Shown here in pieces: positions 26,901-33,377 of a stretch of 59,401 nt of DNA. Position numbers and translations under genes: made by a program. The notes under the pieces were generated by a model. That model had not been told where the DNA came from, searched no databases, and was given only the letters and a program-made list of their open reading frames with translations. Within the stretch, counting starts at the first letter, position 1; every line of letters begins with the position of its first letter. Source of the DNA: a virus. The DNA lies in IMG/VR virus record IMGVR_UViG_3300045988_077504, positions 1 through 59,401 of that record. The stretch is one strand, 5' to 3'.

Positions 26901-28931
26901 GAAGCGCCTTGCTCCAGCCTTAGTAAAGTATGCACTAACATCAATTCGATAATCGAAGGTTTCAGCATCAGCACTCGAAGCCTTGTTTACGTTCAACGTC
27001 TCCAATACCTGCTTCGTATCTCTGTCGATAAGCTCCAGCCTCTCGATATTGTTAGTAACCTCCTTATTGCCCTGCATCTGCACAGACCTTACAGATGCTT
27101 CCATTATCACAGAGCCACCAGCTTTGACATACAATGGGTTTTCCTTAAAAGCTATGGCAATGGTTGTTCCACTTGTGTTTCCACTTGTACCAACAGTAAA
27201 CTGTTGCTCATCTCCTACACCCTCATTGGCTTCATTGACAAGCTGCAACTTCACAACACCTTCGGTCTCTGTGTTGAGTTTGATGTTTGTTGGTATCTTC
27301 GAGTAAGCACCACCAGTAGAAAATGCCTTTTCTCCATTTTGCTCAGGGGTGTCAGATACTTCTACTTTTGCTGTTCCTCCACCACCAAATGCTACCCACG
27401 GCTTAGTGTCGGCAGGGTTGATGTCAGGAACTTCACGTGTGAACTGGAATGTTGCCCAAACAGGCGCACCGTTGCTATTCTTGTCGGCTGTCTTGAATGT
27501 AAGTACAACACCACTTTTGAAGTAAGAGAAACCGCTTTCGGTCTGCAAGTCTTGAACGGCTTTGATAGCTGTGCTTAATGTATATTCCACATCGGGACAA
27601 ATAGTATTGACATTGAGAATGTTTCCAATGTTACTACCATTTGCACCAAAATCTTTCCAATTTCCCTCTTTATTCCATGCCTCGGTATTCACCCACTGCT
27701 TTGACTGCCATCCATTGTTAGGGGTGTTGAAAGTAAGGACAATGCCAGGTATCTGATAGTCTGCTTTATTTGGTAACTCGTCAATCTTTGACAGTGCAAC
27801 GGAGAACGTCATATCTCCATTCTCTTGCCCTAATAGTTTATTGACATTGATAACGCCACGTGCCTTAATCTGCGTTGCCGTATTAGAATTACTGCTCTCC
27901 AACGTAGAAACACGCTTCTTGACATCGGTCATATCATCTTGCAGCTGCTTTCCTTCGTTACCAGGAAATGCAGTACCACTTGTGTGTCCAAGTGCAAGGT
28001 CAGAACCGATAGGGGCTAACTTTGTTCCACTCCAACGATACGTGATATTATCGGAGTTGTCAATGTAAACTTTTCCACTTACAGGGACACGGCCATTAGA
28101 AGATGCTGTCCCGAATGTATCTGCATCAGCCCAGTCAGCATAATAGGTTGTTGTAGCCGGCTCTTCTTCTGTTGTAATTGCCAATACAAACAGGTTGTTA
28201 TCCTTGTTATATATTACCTTGCAATTAACATCGGTAGAGTTCTTTGGGGAAGAAGATTGCTGTGCGGTAATACCTGTTACCGTGCTATCAAACTCTATAA
28301 CATCATCAACATAACTCGGCAAATGGGCAGCTGGTACTTTGCCTTCTTCATCTAAAGGCGCAATACCATTTGCTTTGCCTTTTGAGTCTTTTATAGTGGT
28401 TAATTCAGCATTCACATCAGATGCTGCTTTCTTAGCATTTTCGGCAGTCTGCTGTACTGTCTCAACGGCTGTGCGAGTTTGGTTCACACTATCGCCTTGT
28501 GTCGTCACTTGTGTTTTGAGTGCCTTTACATCATCTTTGATACCCTTAACATCTGTCTTCGTAGCGTTTAGGTCACCCTGCAATTCAGATATGTTGCTAT
28601 TGTACTGCTCACTATCTACTGTAGGATTACCACCACTTTCTCCAGTAGCTACCCATGCTCCACCGTCTGCAACGTAAATAGGACTGGGGAGGGAGCGCCC
28701 TACAATAGCCCACCAACCATCATGTGGCAATGGATAGGCTTCACGTAATTTCTCAACAGTGGTAAATATACCCTTGTTCGCACCCTTTATATTTTTGGCT
28801 TCAAGCCAACCATCTACCTTGAAACCGCCTTTTATATGACCATTTCCTTGAATAGTTGTGTTACCACCAATAGAGACATTGCGCCCAACGGATACATCAC
28901 CGTCTATCTGTGTTGTTTTTATTGAACTCAT
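20916..28931 (-). CDS. Giant multidomain tail fibre / receptor-binding protein (2671 aa)
   Basis: N-terminal beta-helix-like GDVSVGRNVSIGGNTTIQGNGHIKGG plus a coiled coil. LamG-like, CotH-like, LRR and FGE/C-type-lectin-like modules follow (listed separately below). Confidence 0.85.
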   Translation of the reverse strand: MSSIKTTQIDGDVSVGRNVSIGGNTTIQGNGHIKGGFKVDGWLEAKNIKGANKGIFTTVEKLREAYPLPHDGWWAIVGRSLPSPIYVADGGAWVATGESGGNPTVDSEQYNSNISELQGDLNATKTDVKGIKDDVKALKTQVTTQGDSVNQTRTAVETVQQTAENAKKAASDVNAELTTIKDSKGKANGIAPLDEEGKVPAAHLPSYVDDVIEFDSTVTGITAQQSSSPKNSTDVNCKVIYNKDNNLFVLAITTEEEPATTTYYADWADADTFGTASSNGRVPVSGKVYIDNSDNITYRWSGTKLAPIGSDLALGHTSGTAFPGNEGKQLQDDMTDVKKRVSTLESSNSNTATQIKARGVINVNKLLGQENGDMTFSVALSKIDELPNKADYQIPGIVLTFNTPNNGWQSKQWVNTEAWNKEGNWKDFGANGSNIGNILNVNTICPDVEYTLSTAIKAVQDLQTESGFSYFKSGVVLTFKTADKNSNGAPVWATFQFTREVPDINPADTKPWVAFGGGGTAKVEVSDTPEQNGEKAFSTGGAYSKIPTNIKLNTETEGVVKLQLVNEANEGVGDEQQFTVGTSGNTSGTTIAIAFKENPLYVKAGGSVIMEASVRSVQMQGNKEVTNNIERLELIDRDTKQVLETLNVNKASSADAETFDYRIDVSAYFTKAGARRFQLVAYDDSEHSGSKNTNVNAVDVTIESVQTLNYTANTVLNAGGGVKSLQMYKFANNASDKGILATTEIFLSGRWQKLGEATVLDTYSHPVSFNPNDVLGGGEVLTHGAYPIRIHGEDIGSRENGVVGTGVIGNYLHTAVMVVEEGNKTPIVATRWYSEGEEGTKKLYETISVDYAVYDSQSSEPVAEVFINDDREAQRVAYRSQTYTFMKKVTNVNIDGSVTLGVVVKSGKGASQKASFRVSGTMLAIEEVKTQRQFSIDFAGRSNTESDHTISDTGVVLDVEGVNWSTNGFVTDNFGTSAIEGNMSLRIAENATGKLHYSPFNDAAMGQNGMAIQFTVMKKNIANDDARLISCIKNGFGFWVDGKNVVFTFDGGKTVAHTITAALDDSERTNVAIVIEPSTVAPYPGIGVAKMYFDGEEVGVCYYTAGSLIAHDAEVAFDGTLGDLYLYNVKAWRTYFGFEQEFNNYLLTMVDTDAMITEYGFNDVMASVTAENTTKNRPQAKKLYDIGIPYFVLCKNKDTADNEAKDNYPEYLEGLDGDKKTKRTYDVYAYFPNRPWQDFKAVGVKVTNQGTTSSKRPIKNIKMKFKGAVITLLHTAEEFSGKELEKYNDCLANAGKRKVQVLDTSLPTNIITVKVDYSESGGANNGASTNLYNDLQRELGVNYITPAQMAYNGTTRYTINSSICSVPCAFFRTDRFSPDATSPSYGYFHAKGNWNEDKGDAKIYGFEGVEGYNKKCLNYGDFYELVAAKNQSLDDFVKAQDKSQWVFYSDEKKAITFDVVVVSEFCGPKHRVFRRQEGGDWKETTGTMSFDGSKWVISGDVVNPVENYELLKYDALDWFQGVNTVEDMLTPDTEGKPIWLQYFESRYPDDDALNALYEAGKKVPYQLYRWLRFCQDCNQHLTEENGTITIGGVSTAGTKANRLKKWKQELHTVANVYSVLCYHIFTDYIAAVDQRSKNMMVGFYLDRDGVVRMYLNHLYDGDTILGSDNDCGLTIPALLDPNNDDAGVYQGHDSVLFVQNAAVGNDDFWLDDEGQKTVTMRAVAQTMRKLTTADGLVPFSYSGLVKYWITDRLTKWPKVVSSFDGERKYIEHSKATANYFYALHGLSIQRLKDFIKTRFLFRDGFYQTGDLYSSVVSMRATGKLVSVRIRAAKDGYFGIGVDRANVATDSCYLKAGQTYTLQSGMTNTGSGTMLYVFGADKLEMLDISGCTPSPASWDISALTLVKELVIGGANYKLQNNNEGYLTNLALGNLPFLEVLDVRNTAITTIDARYCPRLKRVQATGSQLTKINVAEAGNIERLEVPATYKKLVLRYLPKLTNTGIVLENSGSIETLVVEGCEKIDQWALMMKCVGATNTSLKYVRITGIKTSGDGNELEKLKSLNLQGIDATLSVSAQPVLSGTYRLTRYTDDTTLEGWRTSLPLLSIKQQAYSDYKEFDNVEDTENITNVDNSTGYDFSKDYVASGHILKIRKKSVPVKGKFNKANGKMHLTKISESDYTKYADNSTFDNKDLLGEQYDCFMFIPHFWYKGINDFKAQEKHTLLSSNREEPEATYTKKNQPLLSECLFADTKGVISDKAKVGVQFGDECMGDLVSCAVYRLDVEGMKQARYIGLNNATYCAVFVDGRGRIIEKQVLAITSISGSPLDFKNENGDYVYNAVPSGAKYLYFTCFRALSDDEHIVLSVDSEDIEAIEPGWVEHKAELIGIYGGTTDDFGLFRSVSGKRTRRGNQTNKTSEEWIYDKEGNPTNMPVGSLNYSFLDLLNLCRYRGKGYHSISYEQSKIIAILSRCYYGNRDDQRIYGFGCSSDYITGSQDAIGKADTVYGSANKVPNKIWGLEGFVGCVWEMMDNVGVNISTFAAWKAAKRPNNDESMPVDAKWHIYDDRTKSERIVQGIASEGYNIARLKHGRFCDVIGSSFSISERAFSTGYAACQRYSPSRGRYVGRAYAGANERGGLVGANAGSDDSYWYSYWGARLAFDGELENESEIDCEE
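20952..21614 (-). other. Domain in the tail fibre: FGE-sulfatase / C-type-lectin-fold C-terminal module (aa ~2440-2660)
   Basis: WGLEGFVGCVWEMMDNVG resembles G..D..GNVWEW..D; I verified GCVWEM at 21354..21371. The terminal ...RGGLVGANAGSDDSYWYSYWGARLAF resembles the ..RGGSW....GFRLA ending. Confidence 0.65.
22722..23294 (-). other. Domain in the tail fibre: leucine-rich repeats (aa ~1880-2070)
   Basis: LEMLDISGC.., LVKELVIGG.., LTNLALGNLPFLEVLDVRNTAITTIDARYCPRLKRVQATGSQLTKINVAEAGNIERLEVP.., with a period of about 22-24 aa. Confidence 0.7.
23532..25394 (-). other. Domain in the tail fibre: CotH-kinase-like module (aa ~1180-1800)
   Basis: VKVTNQGTTSSKRPIKNIKMKF resembles RGNSS..pKKsyklkf. Also VKVDYSESGGANNGASTNLYNDL and DQRSKNMMVGFYLDRDG...YDGDTILGSDNDCG, which resemble the D...N.Y.Y.d...WD.D..fG pattern. 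Confidence 0.45.
25527..26144 (-). other. Domain in the tail fibre: LamG/concanavalin-A-like lectin module (aa ~930-1135)
   Basis: The segment ends with GTLGDLYLYNVKAWRTYF, the typical LamG_3 closing motif (G.idev.iyn.al). The sequence is beta-rich. Confidence 0.5.
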
Positions 28932-29566
28932 ATTAATGCTGATTTAGCCAATTCCGACAAAGCCTTACTTTGGTCTGCATTGCCGTATGTTGTTAATACT
29001 AATGATGCTATAGTATATATTACCGCTTGATAGCATCGCTCGCATATCTCTATACTCTCATCGTTGTCTATCTTTGGATAGGGAAGATAAACGGCTTTAC
29101 TTACCATGGCATCGGTACTTTTGCAAGAATAAAACTCTAACACCCTACCCTCGGGGTGTATGGCAATGGCACACACAGGCTTCTGCGAAGTGCCGCGTAT
29201 GCCTTTGAAATGACTGCTTTGCAGCTCGTACAGCTCATCATCTTCGCTGATGGAATGATACACTGCTCGCTCCCAATCGTCCATCTGAAACACCACGAGA
29301 CGCATAAAATCTTCCGGGAGTAACACCCAGCCGCTTTCAAGCTCTTTCCAGTAGATGGCGTCGCCGAAATTATAGCCTCCATCGAGCAGATATGACGGGG
29401 CGCTACTGTGGATACGTTTCACGGCATCGACGATCTTTGACCTGATGATGTCATTTAGGGAAAGAGTATCTACATCGCCAAAGTCCTCTAAAACATTACT
29501 CTGCATGTTTTGGTCGATGGCGATGCGGACATCTCTTGCTATTTCGTCAAGACGATATACTTTCAT
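28928..29566 (-). CDS. Hypothetical virion protein (adaptor or neck candidate by position)
   Basis: 212-aa ORF. Its stop overlaps the fibre start by 4 nt, suggesting translational coupling. It lies between the capsid module and the fibre. Confidence 0.65.
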   Translation of the reverse strand: MKVYRLDEIARDVRIAIDQNMQSNVLEDFGDVDTLSLNDIIRSKIVDAVKRIHSSAPSYLLDGGYNFGDAIYWKELESGWVLLPEDFMRLVVFQMDDWERAVYHSISEDDELYELQSSHFKGIRGTSQKPVCAIAIHPEGRVLEFYSCKSTDAMVSKAVYLPYPKIDNDESIEICERCYQAVIYTIASLVLTTYGNADQSKALSELAKSALI

Positions 29567-29576
29567 TTCTTATCGG

Positions 29577-30002
29577 TTATAAACCCTCGAACTCGATATT
29601 ATTAGCCTTTGCAGCTTCCAAGATGGCTTTCTGACTTCTGAGCGATGTACGGCTTACGCCGAACGTATCTGCAAGATAGTCTTTGGCTTCGCCGATGTCG
29701 CTTACTTTTACCTTACGTGTACCGCTTTCATCAAGATTGGTCGCTTCGTTGTCATTATCCTTGCCCTCGTCGATAGCTACAACTTTAGTAGGGTTATCCT
29801 CTTCATCTTCTTCTGTTCTGTCGAGATTGAACAGGCTGCCGAATCTATAATGGCGCTCCAATGCTTCTTGCACGTCTTCATTATCCGTAGAATAGACACT
29901 GCCGCCATTCGATAGTGCAACAAAGGCAATATGCATGCTATTGCTGTTTTTCAGAACAACATTGATGCTGATATGCGAGTCTGAACTATAATGTTTTTTC
30001 AT
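29577..30002 (-). CDS. Hypothetical acidic protein with a C-terminal HeH/SAP-like motif
   Basis: The start is moved to the internal MKKHYSS (cat at 30000..30002), so the gene no longer overlaps the capsid gene or the hairpin. The C-terminus is VSDIGEAKDYLADTFGVSRTSLRSQKAILEAAKANNIEF. Confidence 0.55.
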   Translation of the reverse strand: MKKHYSSDSHISINVVLKNSNSMHIAFVALSNGGSVYSTDNEDVQEALERHYRFGSLFNLDRTEEDEEDNPTKVVAIDEGKDNDNEATNLDESGTRKVKVSDIGEAKDYLADTFGVSRTSLRSQKAILEAAKANNIEFEGL

Positions 30003-30020
30003 CTTCCTGTGAATTTTAAA

Positions 30021-30051
30021 GGGGTGGGATGTTTTGTAAATATCCCACCCC
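30021..30051 (-). terminator. Hairpin downstream of the capsid gene (attenuator or terminator)
   Basis: GGGGTGGGAT (30021..30030) pairs with ATCCCACCCC (30042..30051). It lies 32 nt after the capsid stop on the minus strand. Confidence 0.45.
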
Positions 30052-30082
30052 TTATTTTTTGTTATACTGATAATGTAGTACC

Positions 30083-31516
30083 TTATGCGTGAGCAAGTTT
30101 CATACGTGCGTGTGCCTTTGCATAGCGCAGATACAGACAACTTACCTCCTGAATGACAACAGCATCGGTTCTGCGAATACCTGCCTTTTGCAAGTCGAGT
30201 ACGTTACGTGCCCATGATACATGGACTTTCTTCGACAGATATTCCGGATCCATGGCAAAGCCGCAGTCGCTCATACCGTTCACATCGAATAACTCATGAT
30301 GAATGGTAAGCACCTCGCCGAAGTCGGTATCCCACGACTTGAATTTCAAGTTCCACACCTCTACAGTATCTTTCAGACGGAACTTTTCGCTCTTAATCTT
30401 AGAGAAAGCCGAAAGCATGTCGGAACCGCAGAGCAAAATCTTACGCTTGTTACCGATGCCAGTGCCTACAAACAAATCCTTAGTGATGTCTACAAGGTTA
30501 TCATCGGTAATTTCCGCACAATTCCTCGCAGTATTCCATGTACCTACTTCGATATCTTTTCCTGCCATCCACCAAATACCGCCGGTAAACCAAGTGTTCA
30601 TGCCCTCTTTGGCAACGTGCTTGATAACGTTCTTTACACCGAACAGATAAGTATTCTCCATGGCCAGACGCATGTCGTAAACACCGTCCTCCTCCAAGTC
30701 GGAGAAATTCCAGTTCACTTCCTTTGCGGCAATCTTGTCGAAAGTAGACTGCTCCACCTGTATCATGAAGTTCTGGCAATACTGCGTCTCGGGCATCGGA
30801 ATGTTGTTGAAACGGCCCGTCTGCACATCTAATTCGCCACAGGCTTTACCCATTCTTACAAGGGTAGTACCGCTCGGGATTTCAGGAACAAGGATAGGCT
30901 GCTTGCTCGATGTATCCATGGCACCGTTTACCGCATAGACGGTAGGAACGTTGGTTGAGCTGTCCTTGCCACACACACACAACACAAGGTCCGGAATATT
31001 GCTTCCGCTGTAAGCCTTACCGGTATTCGGGTCGGTAACACCCTTTACGCCTACCACTCGGATGGTGTCATCGAGTGTAAACATGTTGGTATCGCTGACA
31101 GGGAGCGAAGTACTTGCACCGCTTGTCATGGCGGTTACCTTTGCACTTGTGGTACACTTGATTTCACGCGTGCCGACACTGTAATACTTAACCTCAAACG
31201 AATTAGTATTGCTCGACTTGGCATAACGACTGATTTGGTCTACAGGAGTAGCCATTGGTCGAATTTTAACGATGCGCTGGTCTACATCGCTCATGTAGAA
31301 GTTGCCATCACCGTCAGTACGTCCCTGTGTTTCGGTAGCAATACCTGCGGTGCTCTGTTTACTTCCATCTCCCTCAGCTCCTGCGCTGGTCTTTCCTGCA
31401 TCGGGAAGTGCAGAGGCATCAGCCATAAGCACACCATTTGATGCACCCATCACAAATGCCAACACCGTCAGCATAATGCGATAAAGAAAACTTGAACTTT
31501 TTCGTAATGTTTTCAT
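30083..31516 (-). CDS. Putative major capsid protein
   Basis: 477 aa from M63 of the tracked ORF (cat at 31514..31516); the longer form would overlap the scaffold gene. It follows a scaffold-like gene and is followed by a strong hairpin. The N-terminus of this form is hydrophobic (FLYRIMLTVLAFVMGASNGVLMA). An alternative start is MADASALP at 31426. Confidence 0.6.
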   Translation of the reverse strand: MKTLRKSSSFLYRIMLTVLAFVMGASNGVLMADASALPDAGKTSAGAEGDGSKQSTAGIATETQGRTDGDGNFYMSDVDQRIVKIRPMATPVDQISRYAKSSNTNSFEVKYYSVGTREIKCTTSAKVTAMTSGASTSLPVSDTNMFTLDDTIRVVGVKGVTDPNTGKAYSGSNIPDLVLCVCGKDSSTNVPTVYAVNGAMDTSSKQPILVPEIPSGTTLVRMGKACGELDVQTGRFNNIPMPETQYCQNFMIQVEQSTFDKIAAKEVNWNFSDLEEDGVYDMRLAMENTYLFGVKNVIKHVAKEGMNTWFTGGIWWMAGKDIEVGTWNTARNCAEITDDNLVDITKDLFVGTGIGNKRKILLCGSDMLSAFSKIKSEKFRLKDTVEVWNLKFKSWDTDFGEVLTIHHELFDVNGMSDCGFAMDPEYLSKKVHVSWARNVLDLQKAGIRRTDAVVIQEVSCLYLRYAKAHARMKLAHA

Positions 31517-31556
31517 TGCTTTTGTTATTATGAAATTTATATATGAGTGATATTTG

Positions 31557-32345
31557 TTATCGGTTATAGGCTTTTCGTTTCTCACCTCCTCGTTCCCAAA
31601 TAGTTTGATTGCCATCGTACCGTCCAATGGCTCCAAGGTCTGGAAGTGGCTTCTGTGCCTTTCCGCCTCCATTCTTTCCATTGAGATTGGCAGTACCATC
31701 ATTACGTGAGGACTTTTTCAACTTCTCGTCAATCTTTGCGTTTCGTCCTCTTACCTCGCCCTCGTGTGCAGCTTCTTCGACGTTGGCATCATGGTTAATA
31801 GCTTTTGATGCCATTTCTATACTCTCACGTGAAAATTTGCCGAGGATACCATCTTTCATAATGTTTACAAGGAACTCCATAATTTGGTCTACCTCTTCAT
31901 CGCTCCAGCCTTTCTCTTCTTGAATTGCAGTAATGGTATCGTAAGTTTCGGAGATGTTTTTTTGATATTGTTCATCAAAGTCTTTCTCCTTAGCAACTCG
32001 CTCAGCATATTCTTGACTTGCCTTTGCAACTTCTTCTTGCTTTGCAGGGTCTTGAAGCTCCTCTACAAAGTCTTCTCCAAACATACGTACCAATTCAATG
32101 GCAGGATTACCACCCTTACGCCAATTGGTAAGGAAGGCTGCACTACGAGGGTCGCTCGTAAATAGGTCGGAAAAAGCCTTTTCTCTTTCCTGATACCCTG
32201 CTGCCTCTTTGTCATAATTATCGTAATCGTCATTGATTTGACCAAATAAAGTCTCATCATCATCAAATTGTCGGTCAGGATATTTATTTTTCATCCTTTC
32301 CGAAAACTTGTCTCGATTACTTCTAACTGTTGTACTATCAGCCAT
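31557..32345 (-). CDS. Putative scaffolding protein
   Basis: 262 aa, strongly acidic and helical (DDDETLFGQINDDYDNYDKEAAGYQEREKAF..., EEVAKASQEYAERVAKEKDFDEQYQK) with a basic tail. It is the first gene of its block, upstream of the capsid gene. Confidence 0.55.
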   Translation of the reverse strand: MADSTTVRSNRDKFSERMKNKYPDRQFDDDETLFGQINDDYDNYDKEAAGYQEREKAFSDLFTSDPRSAAFLTNWRKGGNPAIELVRMFGEDFVEELQDPAKQEEVAKASQEYAERVAKEKDFDEQYQKNISETYDTITAIQEEKGWSDEEVDQIMEFLVNIMKDGILGKFSRESIEMASKAINHDANVEEAAHEGEVRGRNAKIDEKLKKSSRNDGTANLNGKNGGGKAQKPLPDLGAIGRYDGNQTIWERGGEKRKAYNR

Positions 32346-32439
32346 AATCTTTTAAAATTTTATATTTTGATGATTGTTTTACTGCAAATATACATTGTAA
32401 ATTATTAGTTTTAGGTATAACTATTATTGTTTTTATTAG

Positions 32440-32447
32440 TAACTTTG
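32440..32447 (+). promoter_or_regulatory. Candidate TAnnTTTG -7 box for the packaging island
   Basis: TAACTTTG lies 20 nt upstream of the ATG at 32467, in the divergent gap 32346..32466. Confidence 0.3.
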
Positions 32448-32466
32448 GAACGCAGATAAGACAAAT

Positions 32467-32901
32467 ATGAAGAGACGAGGTTCTTTAATGGAGTATTCTC
32501 AAGAGCGCATTGAAAGTATAATGCGCATCTATGATGAATATATTTCATCATGTGAATACATCGACACATCTTATATTTGTAAACATATAGCTAATATGCC
32601 TGCACCACGTTTTTGGGTGTCAAGTATATGGGCAAGCAAGATGATGTATGCAATGTTTAAGGGAAGCCAGCTTAAAAATATGTTACCGTCTAAAAGAGAA
32701 ATGTTTCAAGAGATATTCAGACGAGTTAAGACTTTGCGAAAGCTGCACCCTAATTGGACAATAAAAAAATGTTGTGAGATTGTTGTAGAACAACCTGCTC
32801 CGAAGTTTTATCTTACAGCAGAAAGTATAGGAGTAATGATATGCAAGGAAAAGAAAAGACGTTTCGAAGAAAGAAAGAAAAGGCTACGTCATTGCTTTTA
32901 G
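32467..32901 (+). CDS. Hypothetical protein (small-terminase candidate by position only)
   Basis: 144-aa basic ORF, the first gene of the terminase-containing island. No motif recognised. Confidence 0.5.
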   Translation: MKRRGSLMEYSQERIESIMRIYDEYISSCEYIDTSYICKHIANMPAPRFWVSSIWASKMMYAMFKGSQLKNMLPSKREMFQEIFRRVKTLRKLHPNWTIKKCCEIVVEQPAPKFYLTAESIGVMICKEKKRRFEERKKRLRHCF

Positions 32902-33377
32902 CATTTGCAGTTATTGTACTTTCTTTGATAGGTTCCTCTAATTGGTACTCGATTGGTATCTATGCAGGAGGATCGTGGGTAGGGAGATTACTCTATCCTT
33001 TTTTTCATGCCAGTGTGGTGCATGCCTCACTTAATGCTTGGTGTTTTATATGCCTAATGTTTATCTATGACATAAAACTTACGAGGGTATTCGTAGCGTA
33101 TATTGTATCTGTAAGTTTTCCTATTGATACTTTATCATCCTTTATATCATTTCCACCTTTGCCAACGGTGGGAATGTCGGGTATTGTATTTTTTTTATTT
33201 GGTTCTATCTCCTTTGAAGTAAGAAAGAAACTTTACTACCAGTCGTGGATGCTGTTCTATCTTATTGTTGGTTTCTTCTTCCCCAACACTAATGCTTGGT
33301 TACATCTGTATTGTTATTTGTGTGGGGTCGTGTTTTCACTTCTTAACTATCCTATAACAATATGCAGAAAGAAGTAG
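32841..33377 (+). CDS. Rhomboid-family intramembrane serine protease
   Basis: 178 aa with about 6 TM helices. It has the HxxxxHxxxN motif (HASVVHASLN, H56 at 33006..33008 and N65 at 33033..33035), GxSG (GMSG, Ser113 at 33177..33179) and a late His (WLHLYCYLCG). It overlaps the upstream ORF by 61 nt and terL by 16 nt. Confidence 0.7.
   Translation: MQGKEKTFRRKKEKATSLLLAFAVIVLSLIGSSNWYSIGIYAGGSWVGRLLYPFFHASVVHASLNAWCFICLMFIYDIKLTRVFVAYIVSVSFPIDTLSSFISFPPLPTVGMSGIVFFLFGSISFEVRKKLYYQSWMLFYLIVGFFFPNTNAWLHLYCYLCGVVFSLLNYPITICRKK

Noticed and set aside
26871-27578. Long antisense ORFs inside the giant genes and other confident genes. Examples are 26871..27578 (235 aa), 48652..49488 (278 aa), 9116..9775 (219 aa), 3858..4490 (210 aa), 30296..30832 and 33421..33876.
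   Set aside because: They lie entirely within much longer ORFs that carry recognisable motifs on the opposite strand or in another frame. Their translations are low-complexity and Cys/Leu/Ser-rich. I treat them as shadow ORFs.
31517-31702. The 539-aa version of the capsid ORF starting at 31702, and likewise the 187-aa version of 29577..30140 and the 145-aa version of 19961..20398.
   Set aside because: The N-terminal extensions overlap the preceding genes by 100-150 nt or run through a hairpin. Internal ATGs give compact, non-overlapping or 4-8-nt-coupled arrangements.
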